From positions 1-35,369 of the forward strand of contig JASFQK010000053.1 in assembly GCA_050115495.1 (NCBI GenBank): a stretch of 35,369 nucleotides of DNA. Direction: 5' to 3'. Shown here piece by piece: positions 8,391-18,900 of this stretch. The first letter of the stretch is position 1; the number at the start of each line of letters is the position of its first letter. The notes under the pieces are model-generated. The model was not told the origin of the DNA. It saw nothing but the letters and a program-made list of their open reading frames with translations, and searched no databases. The position numbers were made by a program, and so were the translations under genes. The stretch comes from Phycisphaerae bacterium (GTDB taxonomy: Bacteria > Planctomycetota > Phycisphaerae > UBA1845 > Fen-1342).

Positions 8391-8735
8391 ATGAAGATCC
8401 CCGAAGAAGGCTGCCTGCTGCGCATCTTCATCGGCGAAAGCGACAAGTGGCACGGCCAACCGCTGTACGAGGCGATCGTCCGCAAGGCCCGCGAGCTGAA
8501 CCTCGCCGGCGCGACCGTCCTCCGCGGCCCGATGGGCTTCGGCGCCCACAGCCGCATGCACACGGCGAAGATCCTGCGCCTCTCCGAGGACCTGCCGATC
8601 GTCGTCGAGATCGTCGACAGCCAGCAGAAGATCGACGAGCTAATGCCCTTCATCGACGAGGCGGTCGCCGAGGGCCTCGTCACGCTCGAACGCGTCCGCG
8701 TCATCAAGTACCGGGCAAGCGCCCCGCAAGCGTAA
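8391..8735 (+). CDS. DUF190 (PII-like) family protein
   Basis: LLRIFIGESDKWHGQPLYEAIV...GATVLRGPMGFG...LSEDLPIVVEIVD; usual crcB neighbour. Confidence 0.92.
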   Translation: MKIPEEGCLLRIFIGESDKWHGQPLYEAIVRKARELNLAGATVLRGPMGFGAHSRMHTAKILRLSEDLPIVVEIVDSQQKIDELMPFIDEAVAEGLVTLERVRVIKYRASAPQA

Positions 8736-8778
8736 CAGCTTGTGGCGAAAAGCCGCCCAACCCAACGCTAACGGGTAA

Positions 8779-10053
8779 TCAGCGAGAGCCGTCTGTCTCC
8801 GGCGACAGATCGGCGGGGCATGGGGGTGGGACGAAGCGCTGGGCGACCGCCGTCGAAACGACGGGATACGGCATGCGCAGACGGTACACGTCGCACGCAT
8901 CGATATCCCAGCCAAGCTTGTCGAACGCGTAGCACATTATCTCTTCGTATCGAGGAATATCGACGGTGTGGACCACCGCTCGACCCAGTCCCAGGTGCTC
9001 GACGGTCTCAGGACAGGGCAGCATGCTGCAGGCCGGTCGGGACGTCGGGACGATCGACAACCACGACTTCCCGCCCAGTTCGCTGTATACCACCACCTCC
9101 GGGGCGATTCGTGAGAACAGCTCCCGGTCGACGTACAAGTCGTTAATCAACAATTCCACCGGCGTCTGCACGGAGAGGCCGAACTCGTGCGCAGGATTCT
9201 GTGCATCCGCATAGCGCGGGAACGCGTCGCCTGGCATGCCGCCCATGATGCAGGTGACGGCAGCCTTGTCGCCGACCGAGCTACCCACCCATTGGTCCTC
9301 TGCTTCGCCGTTCGGAAGGGCCGTGCGTTCGATCTGCTCCGATGAAACCGTGCTGAAATCGCCCAGCAGCGGTACTCCCGAGGGCAGCGCGGCGTCCGGA
9401 TCCAGGGGACGATAGGGGTTGCTGTGGAAAGTCCCGGCCTCGTCGTATATACCGGCCCTCGATTGCCAGAGCGTCCAGCGAATCTCCGGACGCACACGGC
9501 GCAGGCCGATGAGCCCCACCACGGACGCCGCCTGCATCAACCTGGGGTCTTCATGGCGGTAGAGCATCATGCTCACCAGCCGCACGCGGGCCTGGACACC
9601 CCACGTGAAACTAGCGCACTGAAACCCCGCCTTCCGGTAGGTCAGGTGCGTCTGCTGGTCGCTGTCCCGCGCCGATGCGCCCAGCATGAGCTCCAACGCC
9701 GCCCGACTGCCGGCGTGATCGGCGATGATCCGTCGATACTCGCCCACGGCGGCCCGCACGCGGTCCAGGACGTCCTCCGGCGCAGCCTTGTCCCGCGCCG
9801 CTTCGAGGAAGATGTTCACCCCTTCGTCGCCGGGAATGTACTGCGCGGAGGCAAGCGGATCCTTTGAATCCAGAATGCGCATGATCTTCCACGCGAGCTT
9901 CTGCTGCACGCCAAGCACGCGCGTTAGGTCACGTGGCCGCCGCACATCCCCCGGCAGGGCGCTGAGGACGTGCGCAAAGGCACTCCTGATTCGCAGGAGC
10001 ACCTGCGTGGCCTCGTCCAATAATCCCGCGCCTTTCGTCCCCGACATCATCAT
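8779..10053 (-). CDS. Uncharacterised family protein R3, putative HTH regulator
   Basis: Motifs RRPRDLTRVLGVQQKLAWKI, HAGSR, WGVQA, GLRRVRP, KLGWD...DVYRLRMPYP. Start at the MMM codons chosen by alignment to paralogs; 10173 or 10164 are alternatives. Confidence 0.85.
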   Translation of the reverse strand: MMMSGTKGAGLLDEATQVLLRIRSAFAHVLSALPGDVRRPRDLTRVLGVQQKLAWKIMRILDSKDPLASAQYIPGDEGVNIFLEAARDKAAPEDVLDRVRAAVGEYRRIIADHAGSRAALELMLGASARDSDQQTHLTYRKAGFQCASFTWGVQARVRLVSMMLYRHEDPRLMQAASVVGLIGLRRVRPEIRWTLWQSRAGIYDEAGTFHSNPYRPLDPDAALPSGVPLLGDFSTVSSEQIERTALPNGEAEDQWVGSSVGDKAAVTCIMGGMPGDAFPRYADAQNPAHEFGLSVQTPVELLINDLYVDRELFSRIAPEVVVYSELGGKSWLSIVPTSRPACSMLPCPETVEHLGLGRAVVHTVDIPRYEEIMCYAFDKLGWDIDACDVYRLRMPYPVVSTAVAQRFVPPPCPADLSPETDGSR

Positions 10054-10228
10054 CTCCGCCCGGCTGAACTCAACATAGTCGTCGCCGTCGGCCCCGAACG
10101 CCACCGGGCTCCACGGAATGGCACGCAAAACGTGCGTCTTCGCGGGTGGTATACACGCGTCCATTGTACACATTCGCTCCTCGGAAACAAGGATGGAATT
10201 TACGCCGGAATTAAATCCGAGAAATCGC

Positions 10229-10257
10229 TTGGCGTAATGAAACCGACAGAGTATGAT
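10229..10257 (+). promoter_or_regulatory. Putative promoter for cargo gene 3 (TTGGCG-17-TATGAT)
   Basis: 17-nt spacer; inverted TTACGCC (10200-10206) / GGCGTAA (10231-10237) overlaps the -35. Confidence 0.55.
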
Positions 10258-10267
10258 GAAATCCCGG

Positions 10268-10683
10268 CTGAAGGGCAGTGGTGGAAGCCTCCGAGATACG
10301 GACTCCACCGCTCTGTACGAAGCGCAGCCCAGCGACGGGCGCCCCCGTGTGAGGGAGGTGAACAGCCCGTCGGCCGTGGCTGCCGTGGAGGCCTGCGGTG
10401 CACCCCTCTCCCTTCGAACGCCAGTGTCGACTGATCCGGCGACAGCCACGCAGCCCATGGCCGCGCCCGCGAACCGCCGCTGGCGACGCGGGGATGGGTG
10501 AGCACGCACCAGCCACCACGCGTGTTCGACGCGCTCGACCGGTCGCCGGCCGCAGCGTACGGGGATCTCTCGAGAGGCAAGAGGCTCTTCAGGACGCCTT
10601 GGCCGTGGAGGCGCCAGTGCAGGAAGTATGGGGCACGTGCACCCACCTGCGTCTCGCACATCTGTGCGTGGGCGTCACCACGG
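10268..10683 (+). other. Candidate large structured 5' leader RNA of cargo gene 3
   Basis: Closing stem 10268-10276/10584-10592 encloses stems 10277-10285/10304-10312, 10333-10340/10365-10372, 10375-10382/10443-10450 and 10500-10507/10520-10527; second domain closed by 10603-10608/10678-10683. Confidence 0.5.
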
Positions 10684-10714
10684 TTTGTTTGTGTAATCGC
10701 ACAGGAGGTTTGGC

Positions 10715-13700
10715 ATGAGGAAGAGAGGTATCGTGGGCCCAGGGCTTGTCGCCCTGTGTGGAAGTCTGGTCCTGGCCCTCGGCATGGTCCCGGATCGGCC
10801 TCCGGGAGCAGATCAGGCGGGAGTCAGCAACCGTTTTGTCCCCGCAGACCAGCGCCCAGCGCAATCGGCGAACCCGGCGAGGCCTGCGGATACACCTCCC
10901 GCGGATCTTCCGGGCGCCGTGCCGGCCACGGCGATCCCGTCCACCGACCAGGGCCGCGTGTCCGGGATCAACACCCAGCCTCACGGCCCGGTGGGTCCGC
11001 CGGCGCCTGACGCGTCGACGGCGAGGGCCCCGGCCAACACGCGCGGCTCGCTCTCACGCACCGGCCTTCGGCAAGGCGGCGACACGTGCGAGACCGCGTT
11101 CGTCATCAGCGGTCTGCCCTTCACCGACGCCGGCACGACGGTGGGTTACACCAACGACTACCAGCAATCGTGCTATTACGTGGCTCGCCCCGCCCCTGAC
11201 GTCGCCTACGCGTTCACGCCAACGCAGGATGTCAGCGTCAACATCTCGCTGTGCGATCCGTCGACGAATTTCGAAAACGCCCTCCTCGTGTATGAGGGCA
11301 GTTGCGCGCCGGAGAACCTGCTCGTCTGCAACGAGGCCGTCTGCGCCACGGACAGCATTCAGTGGGAAGGCGTCGCCGAGATCGACTGCGTGACGCTCGT
11401 CGCAAACACCACCTATTACATCGTCGTCGACGGCACGATGGGAGGCGAAGGCGACTATGTGCTGGACGTGACCGAATGCTCCCTCTGTAACCTGGCCTGC
11501 GGTCCCGAGGACATCCTGGAGGGCGAGCCCAACTGCTACACCGGTTACGAAGACACGTACAACGGTGGCTGCACCGACGGTGGCTACTTCAGCGCCATTG
11601 CATCCGGCGAGACCGTATGCGGCACAACCGGCGTGTACCTTCGCGACGGTGGGTTCTACTACGACGTGGACACCTATGAGCTCGTTCTGTCGAGCGATGC
11701 CACCGTCACCGTGACGTTTGCATCACAGACCACGCTAGTGATGCTGATTGCGGCCAATGGCGGTATTCCTGACTGCGATGCGTACATCAACACGCAAGGC
11801 GTGCGCGATGGCATCACGAGCACCGGGGGTTGCATGCCGCAGAGTCTCACGACGAGCCTGCCCGCAGGAACGCACTGGTTCATGGTCAGGCCCAACGGAC
11901 CCGGTACTCCCTGCGGCAGCGCGTACAAGCTGTCTATCGACACTGAGCCCTGCACAGTGCCCCGGGGAAGCTGCTGCCTGGCGGACGGCACCTGCGTCGA
12001 CGAAGTGCCCGCCATCACCTGCTACGAGTACTACGGCAGCATGATGTGGGTCGAAGGTGCGGACTGCGCGTCCGCCGACTGCTCGGCCCGCCTGAACGGC
12101 CCGACCTGTCACGAGGCGATCGAGCTGGACATTCCCTCTACCACGTGGGGCACCACGGAGGGCGGCGCGGAAGTCATCTATCCGAGCTGCGGCGGCATAA
12201 TCGACGACATGGACGTCGGCTCCTGGTACAAGGTCATCGGCACCGGCAATCGCATCACAGCCACCACCTGCGATGCCAACGGCCTTGGCGACCAGTGCCA
12301 CATGACCGTGTTCTGCGGGAACTGCGACAGCCCGCTGTGCGCGGCGGAGCATGACACGGGAACGCTGTGTGAAGGATCGACGCAATACGGGAACACGATC
12401 ACCTGGTGCTCGCAGCCTGGTTATGAGTACTACATCTGGATGCACCACTGGGTCGCCGTGCACATCCCCTTCGATTTCATCCTGACGGTGTACGACGACG
12501 GCGTCCCCTGCGACGATTATCCGCAGTGCGAGCCGCCGCTCGGCGCCTGCTGCCTCGGAGAGGTCTGCTACGGCGACGGCATGGAAGAGGGCGAGTGCGA
12601 CGCCGTGGGCGGTCGGTTCTACGTCTACCAGACGTGCGGGACGATGATCTGCACGAACGACTGCCCGGGCGACACCTGGCAGACGGCCGTGCAGATCGAT
12701 GCACTGCCGTACTACGGCGACGGGAACACCGTTCCGTGCATGGATCATTACTACCAGACTTGCGCGGACGACCCCGGGGGCACGAGCAATGATGCCCGCG
12801 ACGCGGTCTTCCAGTACACGCCCATGGAAGACGTGGTTGTCGATGTGTCTTTGTGCACGTACAGCAAACTGAACACGAAGCTGTCCGTATACGAGAACGA
12901 GATCACACCGACGTCGGACCCGAGCACGGCACTGGCCTGCTCCAACTACGCCTGCACGTCACCCGGGTGGCCCGCGGAAGGAGACGTATCGCGGGTTGAC
13001 TGCCTGCAGCTCTACGCCGGCTCGACCTATTACTTCGTGATCGACGGCGGCGTGTTCAGCCATCGGGGCTACTTCACGATTGACGTCACGGAAGCGGCGT
13101 GCGTGGCTGACCCGTGCGACATCACGTGCAGCCCCGGCGCCACGCCGGAAGGCGAGCCGGACCTCGTGGAAGACTATGTCGACAGCCACAACGGCGGCTG
13201 CAACTCGAATCCGCCCGTGTTCTCGTCGATCAGTTGCGGCGAGACCGTGTGCGGCGTCTCGGGTACGTATGCCTTCGGCACGTACAATTACCGGGATACC
13301 GACTGGTATGCGATCACGGTCACCGAGAACACCGAGTTCACCGTGTCTCTCCTGGCTGAGTTCGACGCCTACGTCGGCTTCGCCGACAACAACGGCATCG
13401 CCGATTGCAGCCTGGCCAGCGGATACCTGTTTACCGGCACCGAAGCGACGGCCTGCGAGGCCGGCAGCTTCACGGCCTGTCTGCCCGCCGGCGAGTGGTG
13501 GCTCGTGGTCCTGCCGCAGGTGTACAGCGGCCTGACGCCCCCGTTGGAGTATGAGCTGACCGTGACGTGCGCTGAAGGCACGGCGGCTGGCGCGTGCTGC
13601 CTGCCGGACGGCACCTGCACCACGACCGACGAGAACACCTGCTTCGACCTGGACGGTGTGTTCCAGGGCGCCGGAACGGACTGCGAAACGAGCCCGTGCC

Positions 13701-15004
13701 CGGGTGTCCCGGAGAACGATGAGTGCGTCCATGCAACGTTCCTCTCCGTGCCGTCAGAGACGCTCGGCACGACGATCAACGCCACCTGGGAGCAATTGAC
13801 CCAGGACGGTGGTGTGATCGGTGTGTGGTACAAGCTGGTGGGAACGGGCAATGCCGTCACGCTGTCGACCTGCAACGAGGTGACGGACTTCGATACATCG
13901 ATTCGCGTCTACTGCCTGGGATGCGACTGGACGACCGCGCAGTACATGCGGGCGATGCCGATCGAGGCCTTTCCTGGCGAAGAAGTGTCGCCCTACCAGC
14001 TCAACGACGCCAACTACCGCACGGATGATGACTGGCTCTGCCGGGATCACTCGCAACTGGCCAGCACGCACACTCTGTGCACGGAGCGCGGCGCGGAGTA
14101 CCTCGTGGTCGTCTACGGCTACAACGGCGCCCTGGGCAACTTCCGCCTCGACGTCTATGACGACGGCGTGCCGTGCGTGGATGAATACAATGGCTCGTGC
14201 ATCGTGACGCCGGCCAACGACGCCTGTGCCGCGGCCGAGCCGATCGGCGACGTGACCGACCTGTTCTGGAACACGTCCTTTGCGACCAACGACGGCCACG
14301 AGTCGACGGGCCCGGATGTGTGGTACTGCTACACGGCCCCGTGCTCCGGCCTCGTCACGCTGACGTGGGAACAGGTGGACCACTTGTCGTTCGACACCGC
14401 AGTCGCCGTCTATGACGGTTGCACATGCGGCCCGACGGGTGGACTGCTGGTGGCCTCGCAGCCCGGCGACCCGCTGGAGCTGACGTTCCACGCCATGGCC
14501 GGCAACCAGTACCTCATCATGGTCGGCAGTTGGACGAACCTCGGCGGCGCCGGTTGGCTCACCGTTACGTGCGAAACCGAGTCGTACGGCGCCTGCTGCC
14601 TGCCGGACGCCCCCTACTGCATCGACGCGTTCGAGTCGGAGTGCGCCGGCACCTTCATGGGTGACGGCACGATCTGCGGCACGGACGACTGCGATGGTGA
14701 CGGTATCCCGGACACCTGCGAGGTCTGCGGTGACCTGGATAACGACGCCGACGTCGACCATGACGACTACGTCATCTTCCTCGACGCGTTCGGCGGCGTC
14801 ACCGACGGCGTCCCGCCACAGGACTGGTGCTGCGACTACGACGGCAGCGGCGCGGTCGGCATGCTCGACTATGCGGCATGGCTCGCCTGCTATCGCGACT
14901 ACGTCGGCGACCCAAAGGCCCCGCCGCCGGGCAGTAGCCCCCTGCGGCGGTCCACCGCCCAGCCCGGCCGGACTCCGAGTCCGCGCCCGGTACCGAACCC
15001 CTGA
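10715..15004 (+). CDS. Large secreted Cys-rich repeat protein (1429 aa) with C-terminal dockerin-like domain
   Basis: AGGAGG RBS; N-terminal hydrophobic segment; internally duplicated modules (GDT..TA..I..LP; EGEP...D..NGGC; GACC); tail GDLDNDADVDHDDY...DYDGSGAVGMLDY. Confidence 0.85.
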   Translation: MRKRGIVGPGLVALCGSLVLALGMVPDRPPGADQAGVSNRFVPADQRPAQSANPARPADTPPADLPGAVPATAIPSTDQGRVSGINTQPHGPVGPPAPDASTARAPANTRGSLSRTGLRQGGDTCETAFVISGLPFTDAGTTVGYTNDYQQSCYYVARPAPDVAYAFTPTQDVSVNISLCDPSTNFENALLVYEGSCAPENLLVCNEAVCATDSIQWEGVAEIDCVTLVANTTYYIVVDGTMGGEGDYVLDVTECSLCNLACGPEDILEGEPNCYTGYEDTYNGGCTDGGYFSAIASGETVCGTTGVYLRDGGFYYDVDTYELVLSSDATVTVTFASQTTLVMLIAANGGIPDCDAYINTQGVRDGITSTGGCMPQSLTTSLPAGTHWFMVRPNGPGTPCGSAYKLSIDTEPCTVPRGSCCLADGTCVDEVPAITCYEYYGSMMWVEGADCASADCSARLNGPTCHEAIELDIPSTTWGTTEGGAEVIYPSCGGIIDDMDVGSWYKVIGTGNRITATTCDANGLGDQCHMTVFCGNCDSPLCAAEHDTGTLCEGSTQYGNTITWCSQPGYEYYIWMHHWVAVHIPFDFILTVYDDGVPCDDYPQCEPPLGACCLGEVCYGDGMEEGECDAVGGRFYVYQTCGTMICTNDCPGDTWQTAVQIDALPYYGDGNTVPCMDHYYQTCADDPGGTSNDARDAVFQYTPMEDVVVDVSLCTYSKLNTKLSVYENEITPTSDPSTALACSNYACTSPGWPAEGDVSRVDCLQLYAGSTYYFVIDGGVFSHRGYFTIDVTEAACVADPCDITCSPGATPEGEPDLVEDYVDSHNGGCNSNPPVFSSISCGETVCGVSGTYAFGTYNYRDTDWYAITVTENTEFTVSLLAEFDAYVGFADNNGIADCSLASGYLFTGTEATACEAGSFTACLPAGEWWLVVLPQVYSGLTPPLEYELTVTCAEGTAAGACCLPDGTCTTTDENTCFDLDGVFQGAGTDCETSPCPGVPENDECVHATFLSVPSETLGTTINATWEQLTQDGGVIGVWYKLVGTGNAVTLSTCNEVTDFDTSIRVYCLGCDWTTAQYMRAMPIEAFPGEEVSPYQLNDANYRTDDDWLCRDHSQLASTHTLCTERGAEYLVVVYGYNGALGNFRLDVYDDGVPCVDEYNGSCIVTPANDACAAAEPIGDVTDLFWNTSFATNDGHESTGPDVWYCYTAPCSGLVTLTWEQVDHLSFDTAVAVYDGCTCGPTGGLLVASQPGDPLELTFHAMAGNQYLIMVGSWTNLGGAGWLTVTCETESYGACCLPDAPYCIDAFESECAGTFMGDGTICGTDDCDGDGIPDTCEVCGDLDNDADVDHDDYVIFLDAFGGVTDGVPPQDWCCDYDGSGAVGMLDYAAWLACYRDYVGDPKAPPPGSSPLRRSTAQPGRTPSPRPVPNP

Positions 15005-15177
15005 CACCAGCTCGGCGTGACGGTCGGCCGCGAAGATGAGTGACCTCCTCCGCGGCCGCCGTCCGCCGAAGTTTCGAACACAGATGCGCAGCAGATAAGG
15101 AAACGAACGACAACGAGAGTAACGGTCTTCCGGCAACCGGAACGACGCCGCGAAGACCGCGTAGGAGGAAGAGGAAA

Positions 15178-15705
15178 ATGACGATCCGCAGAACACTTGT
15201 TTGCCTGACGATGTTGGCGGCCCTGGGCGGTGCCCCCCTGCTCGCGGCGGACATCACCGTCTGGCTCAACCCGGCCAGCCCATCCGTGGCCGTCGGCGAC
15301 ACCGTCGACGTCGACATCATGGCCAGCTTCAGTGAATCCGTGGTCGGCTGGGGCATCGACCTGGCGCTCGACGAGCCGGGCTACGCCGACTGGATCGACA
15401 CCGTCATCGGGTCCGCCTGGGACCCGAGCGATACGCTGGACCACGACGGTCTGGCTGGTTTGCGCCTTCCGCCCGGTGTCGGTGGCGACGTGCTGCTGGC
15501 GACGGTGACCTTCGCGGGTATCGCCCCCGGCACCACGACGCTGACGCTCAGCACCGGCCCTGAGGAAGATGAAGGCTTCCTGCTCGAGGCCGGCGACTGG
15601 GTGACGGAAGCAGAGTTCCTTCCGGGGACGCTCACCGTCGTCCCCGAGCCCACCGCACTGACGCTTCTGGCGCTCGCCGCCCTGACGACGCTGCGTCGGC
15701 GGTAA
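15178..15705 (+). CDS. Cohesin-like domain protein with PEP-CTERM tail
   Basis: AGGAGG/GAGG RBS; signal peptide; SVAVGDTVDVDI..VVGWGIDL..LLATVTF.GIAPGTTTLTL..GTLTV beta-sandwich pattern of cohesins; VPEPTALTLLALAAL..RRR. Confidence 0.75.
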   Translation: MTIRRTLVCLTMLAALGGAPLLAADITVWLNPASPSVAVGDTVDVDIMASFSESVVGWGIDLALDEPGYADWIDTVIGSAWDPSDTLDHDGLAGLRLPPGVGGDVLLATVTFAGIAPGTTTLTLSTGPEEDEGFLLEAGDWVTEAEFLPGTLTVVPEPTALTLLALAALTTLRRR

Positions 15706-15726
15706 TCACACTACGGAACCAACCAA

Positions 15727-15773
15727 GCCGCCCTGGCGTGCGAGTCCCCCGCACGCCGGGGCGGCGTTCATTT
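15727..15773 (+). terminator. Probable terminator after the dockerin-cohesin gene pair
   Basis: 16-bp stem 15727-15742/15750-15765 followed by GTTCATTT. Confidence 0.6.
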
Positions 15774-15947
15774 GGGCTGTTCGCGCGCATTGCCCCCACT
15801 CCATTGAGCGAACCGCCGTCTTCGGTGTACTCTGACACCCGTCGCAGCAGTCGAACCCCCTCACGTGGGAGACACGTTCCCTCACCGGCACATGCGGGGC
15901 GCGGGCGGTGCGCGGCTCGGGCCCCGGCCAGGCAAGGAAGGACACGC

Positions 15948-18900
15948 ATGATCACCAGCGTCCCCAGCACCGCCGCCCTGACCGCTCTCGTCCTCGCCGC
16001 CCTGCTGCCCGTCGGCTGGGCATCGGGCGGACCGCTCGAAACCGCCGGCCGCCACGAGTACAACGGCCCCTACGCCGGCGAATACCTCAACCGCGTCGCC
16101 TTCCCGCTCGGCGGTATCGGCGCCGGCATGATCTGCCTCGAAGGCACCGGGGCGATCTCGCACGTCTCCGTCCGCAACAAGATGGAGTTCTTCAACGAGC
16201 CCGCCGCCTTCGCCGCCCTGTGCATCCGCCGACCCGAGGGCAACATCGCCAAGGTCCTCGAAGGCCCCGTCCCGACCTGGAAAGCCTTCGGCGGCACCGG
16301 CAACGGCAACGGCTCCGCCGGCGCGACCCACGGCCTGCCGCGTTTCGACGAGGCGCAATTCCTGCCGCGCTTCCCCTTCGCCAGCATTACGCTCACCGAC
16401 GCCGAGGTGCCGCTCGAAGTCGAGATCACCGGCTGGAGCCCGTTCATCCCCGGCAACGCCGACGATTCGAGCCTGCCCGTCGCCGGCCTCGAATACCGCT
16501 TCAAGAACACCAGCGACCAACCCATCGACGCCGTCTTCTCCTACAACGCCAAGAACTTCATCGCCGCCGGCGGCGACGGTGACACCATTCTGCCCATCGA
16601 TCATGGCTTCGTGCTCTGGCAGGCCCCTGCCGACAACCACCCCGAACATGAGGGCGGCTTCGCGATCTTCGTCGACGATGTCGACACGGTCGTCGATCAC
16701 TGCTGGTTCAAGGGCGGTTGGTGGGACGCCGTCACGCTCGCCTGGAGCAACATCAGCGACGGCCGGCTCGTGGCCAACCCGCCGCAGGAAGGCCGCTGCC
16801 CCGGCGCCTCGCTGTTCACCCCGTTGAAGCTCCAGCCCGGCGAGGAGCGCACCATCCACCTGATGCTCGCCTGGTACGTCCCCCGCACGACGCTCCGCGT
16901 GGGCCGCGACGCCGAGGGTCCGGCGTTCAGCTCCGTCCCCTCGCACGGCACGGCCTCCGGCCAGCAGGACGTCACCGGCTTCGTCGGCCAGGGTCTGGTC
17001 AACACCTTCGATCCCTCCGGCGACGGGGCCATCGGCACGCTCACCTCGCCCGAGTTCGAGATCACGCACGACTACATCCAGTTCCTCATCGGCGGCGGCA
17101 ACCACCCCGAGAAGACCTGTCTGCAACTCCTCATCGGCGACAAGGTCGTCCGCTCGGCCGCCGGCAAGGATGCCGAGAAACTCGAATGGACGACATGGGA
17201 AATCGGCGACCTGAAGGGCCAGCAAGCCGTCCTGCGCATCGTGGACCAGGCCCGCGGCGGCTGGGGCCACGTCAACGTCGACCAGATCGTGCTCACCGAT
17301 CGCCGATGGGCCGACGCCAACGAGCTGATGGAGCATCAGGCCAGGTGGGGCTCCGTGGTCAAGGTCGTGCAGGATTTCGAGGGCGAGGACTACGGCGGCT
17401 GGGTGGCCGACCCGCCCGCGCCAAAATGCGACAAAACGTGCTGTTCCACGCCAGAACACCACATTCCCTGGTACGCCGGCCGGTTCAAGAACATGGACGA
17501 GCTGACCGCGTACTGGCGTGAGCAGTACAACCGGCTCCGCGAGGAATCGACCCTCTTCAGTGATGCGTTCTTCGACACGACGCTGCCGCCGGAAGTGGTC
17601 GAAGCCGTCGCCGCCAACCTGACGATTCTGAAGTCGCCGACCGTGCTGCGTCAGGTCGATGGCCGGCTGTGGTGTTTCGAGGGTTGCTGCGATACGCACG
17701 GCTGCTGCCACGGCTCGTGCACGCACGTCTGGAACTACGCCCAGGCGATCTGCCACCTCTTCCCCGACCTGGAGCGCACGCTCCGCGACACCGAGTTTCA
17801 CGAGAGCCAGGACACCCGCGGCCACCAGACGTTCCGCTCGTGCCTGCCGATCCGCCCCGTCGATCACAACTTCCACGCCGCCGCCGACGGGCAGCTCGGC
17901 GGGATCATGAAGGTCTACCGCGAGTGGCGTATCTCCGGCGACGACGAGTGGCTCCGCGCCATCTGGCCGCAGGTCCGCCAGAGCCTCGACTACTGCATCC
18001 GTACGTGGGACCCACGCGGTCACGGCGTTCTCGAAGAGCCGCACCACAACACGTACGACATCGAGTACTGGGGCCCCGACGGCCACTGCTCGAGCTTCTA
18101 TCTCGGGGCCCTCGCCGCCGCCGTCAACATGGGCTCATTCGTCGGCGACGACGTCTCGCAATATCGGACGCTGCTCGCCGCCGGCCGGACGTTCCTCGAA
18201 ACGAAGCTCTATGACGGCGAGTATTTCTACCAACTCGTGCAAACGGAGGGGCTCGACGCCACCTTCCACCCGCTCGACCCTGGCGACAACGGCCCCGGCT
18301 ACGCCGACCTCGTCACCACGCTCAACGAGCAGGGGCCGAAGTACCAGTACGGCACCGGCTGCCTGTCCGATGGCGTGCTCGGCTTCTGGATGGCCCGCGC
18401 CTGCGGCCTGGACCGAGACATCGTCGATCCGGCGAAGGTCCGCAGCAGCCTCAGCGCGATCTACCGCTACAACCTGTGCCGCGACCTGTCCGACCACGCC
18501 AATCCGCAGCGGCCGTCGTTCGGCCTCGGCCATGAGGGCGGACTGCTACTGTGCACGTGGCCGAAGGGTGGCCAGCCGGCACTACCGTTCGTGTACAGCG
18601 ATGAGGTCTGGACGGGCATCGAATATCAGGTGGCCGCGCACCTGATGATGGTCGGCCTGGTCGATGAGGGGCTGGAGATCGTCCGGTACTGCCGCGACCG
18701 CTATGACGGCCGCGTGCGCAACCCGTTCAACGAGTACGAGTGCGGCCACTGGTACGCCCGGGCGATGTCGAGCTACGCCCTGCTCCAGGGCCTCACCGGC
18801 GCCCGCTACGACGCGACCAGCAAGACGCTCTACATCGACTCCCGTGTCGGCGACGACTTCCGCAGCTTCCTGTCGACGGCCACCGGCTTCGGCACCGTCG

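Noticed and set aside
15882..18086. 734-aa minus-strand ORF and other long antisense ORFs (e.g. 13754-15196, 23990-25516, 29834-31084)
   Set aside because: Shadow frames of GC-rich genes on the opposite strand, with no recognisable motifs.
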